A DNA stretch of 60,455 nucleotides, filler included. It is 5 parts of 5 records of this genome, joined end to end, with 100 filler letters (N's around TTAATTAATTAA, not from the genome) between each part and the next. Parts side by side here need not be neighbours in the genome. Positions count along the whole stretch, not along the records: positions 44,457 to 53,891 come from DRR378314_1892; positions 53,992 to 60,455 come from DRR378314_1893; 3 more parts are not named here. The stretch is one strand, 5' to 3'. Below, in pieces: positions 44,587 through 54,528 of this stretch (position 1 is the first letter of the stretch; the number at the start of each line of letters is the position of its first letter). The notes below the pieces were generated by a model, which searched no databases, was not told where the DNA came from, and saw only the letters and a list, made by a program, of their open reading frames with translations. Both the position numbers and the translations under genes were made by a program.

Positions 44587-45132
44587 ATGTCCGACCAACT
44601 GTTTGCCGTGACCGGCGGTCCCGGATCAGGCAAGACGACATTGCTCGAAGCACTGGCACAGCGTGGGATCACATGTATGCCGGAAGCAGGACGCGCCATC
44701 ATACGCGATCAATGCTTGATCGGCGGGCACGCCCTGCCTTGGGCGGATCGCAGCCTCTTTGCCGAAATGATGCTGTCGTGGGATCTGCGGTCCCACCACG
44801 AGGCAAGCGCCATGCCGGGCCCTGTGATGATGGATCGTGGTATTCCCGACAGTCTTGGCTACCTGCGCCTCTGTGATCTGCCCGTGCCGACGCATATGGA
44901 GCAGGCAGCCCAACGGTTCCGATACAACAGACGGGTGTTCGTCGCCCCGTTCTGGGACGAGATCTTCGAACAGGATGAAGAGCGTACACAAGACAGGGAC
45001 GACGCACGGGCGACACTATGCGCCATGGAAGACGTCTACCGCGCGCTTGGATATGAATTGATCCCCCTGCCCTTTGTCAGTGTTGCGCAGCGCGTCAGCT
45101 TTGTCCTGTCGCACCTGTCAAACGCAAAATGA
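44587..45132 (+). CDS. Small P-loop ATPase/kinase (AAA_28-like predicted ATPase)
   Basis: TGGPGSGKTT, EAGRAII, DRGIPD, YNRRVFVAP, DEERTQ. Confidence 0.88.
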   Translation: MSDQLFAVTGGPGSGKTTLLEALAQRGITCMPEAGRAIIRDQCLIGGHALPWADRSLFAEMMLSWDLRSHHEASAMPGPVMMDRGIPDSLGYLRLCDLPVPTHMEQAAQRFRYNRRVFVAPFWDEIFEQDEERTQDRDDARATLCAMEDVYRALGYELIPLPFVSVAQRVSFVLSHLSNAK

Positions 45133-45165
45133 CCTGCTCCGGGGGGAAGAAGCAGGTCATTCTTT
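45128..45165. terminator. Hairpin between convergent genes, probable terminator
   Basis: AATGACCTGCT (45128-45138) pairs with AGCAGGTCATT (45151-45161), with A/T-rich flanks. Confidence 0.65.
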
Positions 45166-45195
45166 CAGGAGGGAGTCTGTGAGAGAGTGTGGAGA

Positions 45196-45888
45196 TCAGG
45201 CGAAAGCGGCGTATTGCGGCTCTCCGGTGCCGCCGTTTCCGGCCATTGCGCCGGGGGTCCAGAAGCTGTCCTCGGTGATCATGTCGATGACCAGTTCACG
45301 CGCCTCAGTGGCGGAGAGAATGCTGTAGAGCTCATCGGCCTGTTTCGTAACGCAGTAGTGCATCAGGTCATGCTGCGCCGGGCAGAAGGCCAGTACGCCC
45401 GCTTCGATGTAGACCACCTCGTCCTCATCAAAGCTCAGCACCACGGTTTCCATGGTCACCTGCTGCGGGGCGCGGATGATGCCGCGATATCCTTCGAGAG
45501 CGCAAGCCGGAACAACTGCAAACGGATCACCAAGCGCATCTTCGAGCAAGTCATGTTCAATCACGACGCCCTGCTCCGGCTTGACCCAAAGGGGGTTGCG
45601 GTTGCCCAGTGCGTCACGGGGGATGTAGACCGGCGCCATTTCCTGAGCGGAGGCGGTGTCGCCCAGAACCAGCGTGCGACGTTCAATGGATTTGATCGGG
45701 CGCATGCCGTGGTCGAAGGTCAGGACTTCGTCACCAGCGGTGAGCGCGTCAACCGGGCGCCAACCCGCTGCCGTGGCAACCATGGTACCGGCCAGAAAAC
45801 CTGCATGCCCGGTCGCCACCATCGGAAATTCAGTGGTGAACGCTTCTGCCATCGGGGAGGCATTCCGTTTTGCAAACCAATCCAGCAT
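45196..45888 (-). CDS. Hint_2 (bacterial intein-like) domain protein, degenerate
   Basis: GFLAGTMVATAAGWRPVDALTAGDEVLTFDHGMRPI, APVYIPRDALGN, LSFDEDEVVYIEAG. Confidence 0.8.
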   Translation of the reverse strand: MLDWFAKRNASPMAEAFTTEFPMVATGHAGFLAGTMVATAAGWRPVDALTAGDEVLTFDHGMRPIKSIERRTLVLGDTASAQEMAPVYIPRDALGNRNPLWVKPEQGVVIEHDLLEDALGDPFAVVPACALEGYRGIIRAPQQVTMETVVLSFDEDEVVYIEAGVLAFCPAQHDLMHYCVTKQADELYSILSATEARELVIDMITEDSFWTPGAMAGNGGTGEPQYAAFA

Positions 45889-46015
45889 GTTCCTGTCCTT
45901 TCGACTTTCAAGTTGCTTCGGTCCTCTGGGGCTCGAAGCTCCAATCGCCGTTCCGTGATTACCTTGTAGCAAACCGGTCGGGCCTGGGCGCGGTCTCTTA
46001 GGGAGCCGCTCTCAC

Positions 46016-46681
46016 TCAAAGGGATAGGGTGTAATCGTTAAAAGAGTATTCAAATCGTTCGATTTCGGTAGCGCAGCACGTCCTTACGGCAGAAACGGCC
46101 GGTGAATCATAGTAAACACGCCAGTCGCGGTCTCGGTGCGACTCATTGATTACGGGCAAATCGAGCGCGAATCCCAAATGGTCGAACAATGGCTGCGCGT
46201 CAGACTCGAAATGTTCGAGACGAATATAGAGGCTGCAATGCTCCCGCCCATCAGATTGGCGCATATACGCAGGCGCGGGCTGGGCGGACAGTGCGCGCAG
46301 CACCAAGGGATCAGTCACAAAGTCCGAAAACACGCGCGTCCTGGCCAGCGGCACCATCGGGTGATCAAAGCTCTGCGCTTGTAACCAGTGATAGAGGCTC
46401 ACCATCCGGTCCCAGGGATTGCGCACAAGCGTGAAGGCAAACATCTGTCGCAACTCTTCAGCGCTGGCCAATCCTTCGATGTCGGACAGGGTGGAATGCT
46501 TCCACAACCGCCCTCGCGTGGTGATCCCCTGCAGGCGGCGCCGACGCTTTATCGCCTTGGGCGTGTCACCCAACATCTCATCCCCGGCCATGGCGCGATC
46601 CTCCAGCGCCAGCGCCAATGCGGTGCCACCGGTCTTGGGAATATGGATAAAGACGTAGTTGCGGCCGCGCGAAAGGATCAT
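46016..46681 (-). CDS. Sulfotransferase family 2 protein
   Basis: PAPS-binding motifs FIHIPKTGGT and VRNPWDRMVSLY. Confidence 0.85.
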   Translation of the reverse strand: MILSRGRNYVFIHIPKTGGTALALALEDRAMAGDEMLGDTPKAIKRRRRLQGITTRGRLWKHSTLSDIEGLASAEELRQMFAFTLVRNPWDRMVSLYHWLQAQSFDHPMVPLARTRVFSDFVTDPLVLRALSAQPAPAYMRQSDGREHCSLYIRLEHFESDAQPLFDHLGFALDLPVINESHRDRDWRVYYDSPAVSAVRTCCATEIERFEYSFNDYTLSL

Positions 46682-46845
46682 GCGCCGAGGCTAACTCATT
46701 CAGCCTGCTGAGGAAACACGAGGGTTCGGCGTTCTTGATTGAGATTTTCTCCCTCGAAGCATTCGATCTCTTTCAATTTCGGGATCTCCAGCGCAATATT
46801 CCGCCTCAAGGGGAAGAACTCCGGCACGACAGAGGAGGAGGACAC

Positions 46846-48474
46846 ATGGGTTGGCTGGCGGATGAAACGGGTCTGGAGCGGACGGCGGCAAACTATGTGC
46901 CACTGACGCCCTTGTCACACCTGCAGCGCGCGGCGCATGTTTTTGCGCAGGACACGGCTGTGATCTATGGTGGGGTTCGTCATAGCTACAGCGCGTATTA
47001 CGACAGATGCACCCGACTGGCCGCAGCGTTGGCTGGCATGGGGGTGAAGCCGGGCGATGTGGTGGCGACATTGCTGCCCAACATCCCGGCGCAAGCAGAA
47101 GCGCATTTCGGCGTACCCGCCTGCGGCGCGGTTCTGAACACCATAAACATCCGGCTCGATGTGGACACGGTCGCCTATATCTTTGACCACGGTGGTGCAA
47201 AGGTGGCTCTGGTCGACAGCGAGGTTCTGGTGCTCGCAGAGGCAGCCAAGGCGCAGATGGAGGGAGACGGCCCGATCCTGATCGAAGTGCCCGATGCCGA
47301 AGCGCGGATCAGCGCCAGCGGACGCCATGTGACCTATGAAGATCTGCTGGCAGAGGCGCCGCCTGCGTTCGACTGGATCATGCCCGAAGACGAGTGGGAG
47401 AGCCTTGCCCTCAATTACACCTCCGGCACCACCGGGCGGCCCAAAGGCGTCGTCTGTCACCACCGCGGCGCCTATCTGATGACCATGGGCACGGTGATCT
47501 CATGGCGACTGCAGATGCGGCCCGTCTATCTGACCATTGTGCCGCTGTTTCACTGCAACGGTTGGAACCACACCTGGATGATGCCGGTGCTGGGCGGCAC
47601 GGTGGTCTGCTGCCGCAATATCACGGCAGCTGCGATCTATGACGCCATCGCCGATGAGGGCGTCAGCCATTTTGGTGGCGCGCCCATTGTTCTGAACATG
47701 CTCGTCAATGCCAAGCCGCAGGACCGGCGCGCCTTTGATCATACGGTGGAGGTCTTCACCGCAGGCGCGCCCCCAGCCCCGGCCACCCTGACCAAGATAG
47801 AGGCGCTCGGCTTTCACGTCACGCAGGTCTACGGGCTGACCGAGACCTATGGTCATGTCACCGAATGCCTGTGGAAAGGCGCGGAGTGGAATATGCTCGA
47901 CACCACAGGGCGCGCCGCCGTCAAGGCACGACAGGGGGTCGCCTTTCCGATGATGGAGGAGGTGACGGTTCTTGACGACAGCCTTGCACAGGTTGCCAAG
48001 GACGGAACGGCGCAGGGTGAAATCGTGATGCGCGGCAACTCGGTCATGAAAGGATATCTGAAGAACTCGGAGGCCACCGCAGAGGCCTTTGCCGGGGGGT
48101 ATTTCCACTCGGGCGACATCGCGGTCCAACATCCCGATGGCTATATTCAGATCGCCGACCGCGCCAAGGACATCATCATCTCTGGGGGCGAGAATATCTC
48201 TTCGGTCGAGATCGAGGGCGTCTTGATGGCGCATCCGGATGTGAACCTGGCCGCCGTGGTCGCCAAGCCGGACGAGAAATGGGGCGAGGTTCCCTGCGCC
48301 TTTGTGGAATTGAAGGATGGCGCGACGGTGGATGAGGCCGGTTTGATCGACTTTGCGCGACGCACGCTTGCGGGGTTCAAGGCCCCCAAGGCGGTGATTT
48401 TCGAAGAGCTGCCCAAGACCTCCACCGGCAAGATCCAGAAGTTCGAACTGCGCAAGCGCTTCAAGACCTTCTGA
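46846..48474 (+). CDS. Acyl-CoA synthetase (AMP-binding), possibly DmdB-like MMPA-CoA ligase
   Basis: GGAGG RBS; ANYVPLTPLS, LNYTSGTTGRPKG, VYGLTETYG, FHSGD, DRAKDIIISGGENISS, PKTSTGKIQK. Confidence 0.92.
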   Translation: MGWLADETGLERTAANYVPLTPLSHLQRAAHVFAQDTAVIYGGVRHSYSAYYDRCTRLAAALAGMGVKPGDVVATLLPNIPAQAEAHFGVPACGAVLNTINIRLDVDTVAYIFDHGGAKVALVDSEVLVLAEAAKAQMEGDGPILIEVPDAEARISASGRHVTYEDLLAEAPPAFDWIMPEDEWESLALNYTSGTTGRPKGVVCHHRGAYLMTMGTVISWRLQMRPVYLTIVPLFHCNGWNHTWMMPVLGGTVVCCRNITAAAIYDAIADEGVSHFGGAPIVLNMLVNAKPQDRRAFDHTVEVFTAGAPPAPATLTKIEALGFHVTQVYGLTETYGHVTECLWKGAEWNMLDTTGRAAVKARQGVAFPMMEEVTVLDDSLAQVAKDGTAQGEIVMRGNSVMKGYLKNSEATAEAFAGGYFHSGDIAVQHPDGYIQIADRAKDIIISGGENISSVEIEGVLMAHPDVNLAAVVAKPDEKWGEVPCAFVELKDGATVDEAGLIDFARRTLAGFKAPKAVIFEELPKTSTGKIQKFELRKRFKTF

Positions 48475-48588
48475 CATCAGGGAAAAAAGATCCACAAGCC
48501 GGGGGTTTCGGTGGCAAAGCGGTTTGCTGCCGACATCCCTTGCATGCTAAAACAACCATAGAACAACAGGAGCAGGCATACCCGGTTC

Positions 48589-49599
48589 ATGACGGTACTC
48601 CGTGAATTTCAGCGGCTTGAGGCGGTCGGAATCTGGCGCCCGTCGCCAGAAGACCAGCGACGTGATGTGATCGTCTCGCTCGGGGACGCCACGCTCACCA
48701 TCACCGACATGCGGGACCGCCCGCTGGCGCATTGGTCTCTGGCTGCAGTGGAACGGGCCAATCCGGGTGAATTTCCAGCGCTCTACCATCCCGATGGCGA
48801 TCCCGGCGAAACGCTTGAGTTGGCCGAGGATGAAAGCACCATGCGCGAGGCCATAGAAACCGTGCAAAACGCAATCAGCCGCGCCCGCCCTCGGCCCGGT
48901 CGGCTGCGCGTCTTTGGTGGCATCGGCGTGGTGGCCTGTGCGTTGGCCCTTTTGGCTTTTGGCCTGCCTCAGACCATGCGGACACAGACGCTGGCCGCAG
49001 TGTCCGAGGTCCACCGAAAGGCAATTGGTCAGGCGCTTTTGGGGCGGATTGAACGGGTCTCCGGCCAGGCCTGCTCCACCCCCGAAGCCGATCCGATCCT
49101 GAAAAAACTCGCGGAACGCACCGGTGTACGCCGGGTTGCCGTACTGCGTTCCGGCATTGCAGAAAGCCTGACCCTGCCGGGGGGAATCGTGTTGATGCAC
49201 CGATCCTATTTCGAGGACTACGAGGATCCTGCCGTCGCAGCAGGCGCAGTTCTGGTTGAACATGTGCGCGCCGATGAACGCGATCCAATGGCAGATATTC
49301 TTGATATTGGCGGCATCGGTGCCACCTTCCGCCTGCTGACCACCGGCGAAATCAGGCGCGATACGCTGGACCGCTACTCCGAAACCATGCTGTCCTCACC
49401 ACGCCCAGATGTGGAGACCGAAGCCCTGCTGGCCGAATTTGCCCGCGCCGCGATCCCCTCCACGCCCTATGCCTATGCCCGTGATGTTACCGGCGAAAGC
49501 ACCGTCGGCCTGATCGAGGCAGACCCGATGGCGGGACGTGAACTGGCGCCGGTTCTGAATGATCGCGACTGGGTGCAGCTGCAGAACATCTGCGGCTGA
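48589..49599 (+). CDS. Hypothetical membrane-anchored protein, weakly M48-peptidase-like without a clear HExxH
   Basis: 336-aa ORF with one TM segment; LPGGIVL..; ends DWVQLQNICG. Confidence 0.7.
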   Translation: MTVLREFQRLEAVGIWRPSPEDQRRDVIVSLGDATLTITDMRDRPLAHWSLAAVERANPGEFPALYHPDGDPGETLELAEDESTMREAIETVQNAISRARPRPGRLRVFGGIGVVACALALLAFGLPQTMRTQTLAAVSEVHRKAIGQALLGRIERVSGQACSTPEADPILKKLAERTGVRRVAVLRSGIAESLTLPGGIVLMHRSYFEDYEDPAVAAGAVLVEHVRADERDPMADILDIGGIGATFRLLTTGEIRRDTLDRYSETMLSSPRPDVETEALLAEFARAAIPSTPYAYARDVTGESTVGLIEADPMAGRELAPVLNDRDWVQLQNICG

Positions 49600-49649
49600 T
49601 CCGACGAGGTAGGCAGGCGCACTGCTCCATGAGAACGACTGGGTAAATT

Positions 49650-49678
49650 GAAAAGACCGGGCAATCGCCCGGCCTCTC
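49650..49678 (-). terminator. Rho-independent terminator after the SPOR gene
   Basis: Minus strand reads CCGGGC-GATT-GCCCGG followed by TCTTTT. Confidence 0.65.
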
Positions 49679-49722
49679 ATCTCATTCTCAATTCCTCATC
49701 TCACCGTCACGCGGCGAAACAG

Positions 49723-50961
49723 CTATTTGCTGAGCCGTGCACCGCTGAACCCGGCGGCCCGGATGCGCTGCAGCGCTTGTTCGGCGCCGGCAGTGAATGG
49801 GCCAGACAGCACCACCTTGAGCGTCTGCCCATTGCGCGTCACAGAGCCCAGCCGCATCTGCAGTCCAGTTGCCGCCGCAAGGTCACGCGCCACCGCGCGG
49901 GCCTGTGCCGGATCCGCCAGCGTCGCGGCGCGAATGTACCGTGGTGCCGCTTCGACCGAAGATGTGTCCGGCAGCACCGCGTCAGGTGCGGAGCGCGTGG
50001 ACAACCGCGTCACCACAGCCCCACCGCGACGCGGCGGTACGATCCCGTATTTCGCCTTCGCATCCCACAGCACGAACGGGGTCTTGTTCAGCGCCCGTTC
50101 GACCGGGCGGCGCGGCAGGCTGTCGCTCCAGACCTGCGCCATCTGTGCATCACCTTGCGGCGTGCGCACGCCACGCAGGCGGTTCATGCGATTGTCGGCC
50201 CGGTCCGCAGGTGCGTAGCCTTCGGGGACAACCGCACGATCACTCAAGACAGTTGGTCGGATGGTCTGTTCCGCACGATGAATATTCAGGCGATCATCTT
50301 CCCAGGCCACGCGATAGCCCTCGGGCACCTGCAGATCCTCGCTCTTGCGCCGCTCCAGGTAAACATGCACGGGCAGAATGCGGGTATTGGGCGTGATCTG
50401 AGCCAATGGGTTGTCGGAAGTGCGCACGCGCGCAGTGGCAACCGGTACCGTTGTCGGCGCAACCGGGGCCGGAGCGGCAGCGACCGGCTGCGGCGCGCGT
50501 CGCACAGGGCGTGCTGGAGCAAGAGTGGCCTCTGCCTGACCGGCTGAGGTCATCTCGGGTGTGCGTTGGGGTTTGACAGCGGCAACCGGGGGATTGCTGG
50601 CCGGTGTCGGGGTGGCCGTGCGGACCGGCGCGGCCGCGCGGCTCTCCGCTTCGGGTGCAAGTGTGATAATGTCCGGCTGCGGCCCTGCAGGTTTCTGGCT
50701 CGACGTGCCCGCGACCTTGGTCGGCTCTGCCCCGCAGAGCTGCTGACGTGCCCGGTTTACCCGCGGGATCCATGCAATGTTCCCATCAACCCCGGCGCGA
50801 ATGAAGATACAGCCCCGGCTGTCGACATATTGCCGCCCCTGATAGCTTGCCGGGGGGAATTCCGCAGGCTCGGCGGTGCGTGACGAAATTTGCGCTTCGA
50901 CACCGCCTGCAAACCCACCTGCCAAGATGATGGACACTGCCGTAACTATAGTGATTTTCAT
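49723..50961 (-). CDS. Exported SPOR-domain protein
   Basis: Signal peptide; PAEFPPASYQGRQYVDSRGCIFIRAG; Pro/Ala linker; C-terminal SPOR (VVLSGPF..ALQRIRAAGFSGA). Confidence 0.85.
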   Translation of the reverse strand: MKITIVTAVSIILAGGFAGGVEAQISSRTAEPAEFPPASYQGRQYVDSRGCIFIRAGVDGNIAWIPRVNRARQQLCGAEPTKVAGTSSQKPAGPQPDIITLAPEAESRAAAPVRTATPTPASNPPVAAVKPQRTPEMTSAGQAEATLAPARPVRRAPQPVAAAPAPVAPTTVPVATARVRTSDNPLAQITPNTRILPVHVYLERRKSEDLQVPEGYRVAWEDDRLNIHRAEQTIRPTVLSDRAVVPEGYAPADRADNRMNRLRGVRTPQGDAQMAQVWSDSLPRRPVERALNKTPFVLWDAKAKYGIVPPRRGGAVVTRLSTRSAPDAVLPDTSSVEAAPRYIRAATLADPAQARAVARDLAAATGLQMRLGSVTRNGQTLKVVLSGPFTAGAEQALQRIRAAGFSGARLSK

Positions 50962-51144
50962 GGCCCCACCCCACAACATATGGGCCCAAGATGACTGAGT
51001 TTCCGGTGTGAGTAAAGGTAATGCCCGCAACAATATCGGGTGTTTCGGCCAATCGTCGCCAGATTGTCGCCGCTCAGCCCAACGTGAGGGGCGGAACGGC
51101 GCTTTGCATGAAGTGACAGCACTGCTGTCGGGCGATATGCAGGT

Positions 51145-51777
51145 TTACTTGGTGCCGAACATGCGATCGCCAGCGTCGCCGAGACCGGGCATGATATAGC
51201 CCTTTTCATTCAAGCCACGATCCAGCGATGCTGTGATGATTTTGACATCCGGATGCGCCTCTTTCATGCGCGCCACCCCTTCGGGCGAGGCCAGCAGGCA
51301 CAGGAAACGGATATTGTTGGCTCCTGCCTCCTTCAGCAGGTCGATCGCCGCCACCGAGGAGTTGCCGGTCGCCAGCATCGGATCCACCGCAATCACCATC
51401 CGGTCGGAGATCTGCTGCGGCACCTTGAAGTAGTATTGCACCGGCTGCATCGTCTCTTCGTCGCGGTACATGCCGACAAAGCCGACACGCGCCGACGGAA
51501 CCAGCTCGAGCACCCCGTCCAGCATGCCGTTGCCTGCGCGCAGGATCGACACCAGTGCCAGTTTCTTGCCCGCGAGGATCGGTGCTTCCATATCCTCCAT
51601 CGGGGTTTCAATGGTGGTGGTGGTCAGCGGCAGCTCGCGGGTGACCTCATAGGCCAGGAGCTGGGTCAACTCGCGCAGGAGCTGGCGGAATTCCGAGGTG
51701 GACGTGGCCTTGTCACGCATGATCGTCAGCTTGTGCTGCACCAGCGGGTGGTCAACAACTGTCAGGTGGTCACTCAT
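51145..51777 (-). CDS. upp: Uracil phosphoribosyltransferase
   Basis: [43 protein letters not shown]. Confidence 0.97.
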   Translation of the reverse strand: MSDHLTVVDHPLVQHKLTIMRDKATSTSEFRQLLRELTQLLAYEVTRELPLTTTTIETPMEDMEAPILAGKKLALVSILRAGNGMLDGVLELVPSARVGFVGMYRDEETMQPVQYYFKVPQQISDRMVIAVDPMLATGNSSVAAIDLLKEAGANNIRFLCLLASPEGVARMKEAHPDVKIITASLDRGLNEKGYIMPGLGDAGDRMFGTK

Positions 51778-51863
51778 CAGGCACACTCCATTTTGGTTTT
51801 CGCTGTCTTAAAACAGCGCGATTGTGAACAAAAGCGCTTTTGCCGCGCATGGCAGCACGGCAG

Positions 51864-53078
51864 TTACAGAAACGACCGCCCCGGCCCCTGCGCGGCCACG
51901 CCGAGATGCGCCGCGACCGAGGCCGCCACATCCGCAAACCGCACTGAACCGATCGAGCCTGCACCCGCGCCTGCGATCAGCACCGGCACCTGTTCGCGGG
52001 TGTGGTCCGTGCCGGGCCAGCTGGGGTCATTGCCGTGATCGGCGGTCAGGATCATCAGATCCCCCGGGCGCAAGCCTTTGATGACGCGCGCGATCTCACC
52101 GTCGAACCACTCCAGCGCGCGGGCATAACCGGAGATGTCCCGGCGATGGCCATAAAGGCTGTCGAATTCGACAAAATTGGCAAATGTCAGGCTGCCGTCC
52201 TCGGCGCTCCGCACCGCTTCTGCCAGATGCACCATCAGCTCGGCGTCCGCGCCTTTCTTCAGCGTATCAATGCCTTGCATGGAGAAGATGTCGCCAATCT
52301 TGCCGATCCCATGCACACGTCCGCCGCCCTGCTGCACCCAATCGGTGAGGATCGGCGCAGGCGGAATGATGGCATAGTCACGCCGGTTTGTGGTGCGGGT
52401 GAACCCCTCTTCCGGGCGGCCCACAAAGGGGCGCGCGATCACCCGCCCCACTTTCATCGCATGCAGATACGGCGCCACATCACTGCAAAGCGTCAACAAC
52501 CGGTCGAGGCCAAAGCTCTCCTCATGCGCGGCGATCTGGAACACGCTGTCGGCGGAGGTGTAGCAGATCGGCAGACCGGTCCGCATATGCTCGGCGCCCA
52601 GATCGCCGATGATGGTGGTGCCGGAGGCGTGACAATTGCCGAGGATACCTTCTGTGCCCGCCGCCTGCGCCACATGAGCCACCAAAGCAGCGTCAAAGGC
52701 ATCGCCCTGGTCCGGAAAATAGGTCCAGTCCCAGGGCACCGGCAGCCCCGCCAATTCCCAATGCCCCGAAGGCGTGTCCTTGCCCGCACTCACCTCCGAA
52801 GCCGCGCCCCAGAGCCCCTGCGGCGCCGCGTCCAACCCGGGCACTGGCTGCGATGACGCCAGTCGCACCGCCGCCCCCAGCCCCAGCGCGTCCAGCGTCG
52901 GCAGATGCAACGGACCGCTGCGGCCCTCCTCGGCCCGCCCTTCGGCGCAGGCCTGGGCAATATGGGCCAGCGTATTGGCGCCGAGATCCGGCAGGTCCTT
53001 ATTGAAATACCCCGAGGCATCCGGCGCGCCGCCTATGCCAACGGAATCCATCACCACCAGAAAAGCACGCGCCATCAT
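51864..53078 (-). CDS. deoB: Phosphopentomutase
   Basis: VMDSVGIG, GKDTPSGHWE, YTSADSVFQIAAHE, RVIARPF, FDSLYGHRRD, TADHGNDP..TDHTRE. Confidence 0.97.
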   Translation of the reverse strand: MMARAFLVVMDSVGIGGAPDASGYFNKDLPDLGANTLAHIAQACAEGRAEEGRSGPLHLPTLDALGLGAAVRLASSQPVPGLDAAPQGLWGAASEVSAGKDTPSGHWELAGLPVPWDWTYFPDQGDAFDAALVAHVAQAAGTEGILGNCHASGTTIIGDLGAEHMRTGLPICYTSADSVFQIAAHEESFGLDRLLTLCSDVAPYLHAMKVGRVIARPFVGRPEEGFTRTTNRRDYAIIPPAPILTDWVQQGGGRVHGIGKIGDIFSMQGIDTLKKGADAELMVHLAEAVRSAEDGSLTFANFVEFDSLYGHRRDISGYARALEWFDGEIARVIKGLRPGDLMILTADHGNDPSWPGTDHTREQVPVLIAGAGAGSIGSVRFADVAASVAAHLGVAAQGPGRSFL

Positions 53079-53891
53079 GTGATCCTTTCATGCACCAGCG
53101 GCGGCAACTCGGGGGCCGCAGGCGCTATGCTCACCGCCGCCCGCAAGGCCGCCGTGGCCTCTTGCGCGGCGTCCATGTGGGCGGCATGCACCCGCGCGAT
53201 CACATCGCCCTTGGCCAGTTTGGCCCCCAGCGGCACAAGATCGGAAATCCCCACCGCCGGGTCCACCCGGTCGCTCTCCACCATGCGCCCGCCGCCCAGC
53301 CGCACCACCGCAAGGCCAAGCGCCTCGCCATTGATCGCAGCAATATGACCGGCGCTTTCGGCCGTAACTTCGACGATCACCGGCGCTTCGGGCAGAACCG
53401 TCGCCCAGGTATCGGCAAAGCCTATCGGCCCGCCCTGCGCTGCAACCATGCGGGCAAAGCGATCCGCCGCCCGGCCATCCGCCAGAACAGCCGCAATCTG
53501 CGCCTCGCCATCTGCAACATTCTCCGCCAGCCCCGCCTGGACCAGCAGCCCGCCGCCCAAGGCCACGGTGATGTCGAGGATCGGCCCTGCCGCCTGCCCC
53601 GTCAGCGCCCGCATCACCTCCGCCACTTCCAGCGCATTGCCCAACGCGGGCACCAGCGGCTGGTTCATATCGGTGATCAGTGCCTGTGTCGGGCAACCGG
53701 CAGCATTGGCGGTCTCCACCAGCGAGCTTGCCAGCGCGCGGGCCTCCTCCAGCGTTTTCATAAACGCGCCGGAGCCAATCTTCACATCCAGCACCAAGGC
53801 CTGCGGGCTGGCCGCCAGTTTCTTCGACAGGATCGAGCCGGTGATCAGGTCGAGGCTCTCGACCGTCGCCGTCACATCCCGCACCGCATAA
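53075..53891 (-). CDS. deoA: Thymidine phosphorylase, 5'-truncated by the contig end
   Basis: RDVTATVESLDLITGSILSKKLA, LVLDVKIGSGAFM, TDMNQPL..GNALEV, LGGGR. Confidence 0.95.
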
Positions 53892-53991
53892 NNNNNNNNN
53901 NNNNNNNNNNNNNNNNNNNNNNNNNNNNNNNNNNNTTAATTAATTAANNNNNNNNNNNNNNNNNNNNNNNNNNNNNNNNNNNNNNNNNNNN
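53892..53991. other. Artificial contig linker
   Basis: 44N-TTAATTAATTAA-44N. Confidence 0.99.
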
Positions 53992-54525
53992 CTGCCAGCT
54001 GGTCACACCTTCGGCCAGCGCAATGCGAAACCGCGTGTCCGCCTGTGCCTTGGTCTCCACATAGACCTCTGGCACCTCATCTGTGCCGGGCACAAACTCA
54101 GCGCGCTCTTCAAAACGGTTGCTCACCGGATCCAGCTCGCGCACCTGTACCGACACGCGGTTCACCCCGATGCGGTACACCACTTCGGTGCCGCAGGTGC
54201 TTGCGCCGCCTTTGGTCACGGTCTCGACAATATCCGACATCGACGTACCCGCTTCGACCAGAAAACTACCCGCCTTCAACTGGCTGGTTTTTTCCTCGTA
54301 ATCCGCACCCATCCGAAAAATCGCGGCAGAGCTTACCGCCCCCTGTTCGGCCAGATCCTGCGAAACCCGCCGCATGTTGGATCCCGGTTTCACCTGCAAA
54401 CAGATGGCGTTCTCCAACGGCCCTTCAGCTTTATAGGTGGACTGCCCCCAAATAATGATCCCGCCCAACAGGAACAGGATCACGACCAGAAAACTGAACG
54501 CGTTAGAGGCAACATTGCGCCACAT
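53992..54525 (-). CDS. mltG: Endolytic transglycosylase MltG, 3'-truncated
   Basis: N-terminal TM, LKAGSF, IALAEGVTSWQ; directly downstream of fabF. Confidence 0.88.
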
Positions 54526-54528
54526 GTA

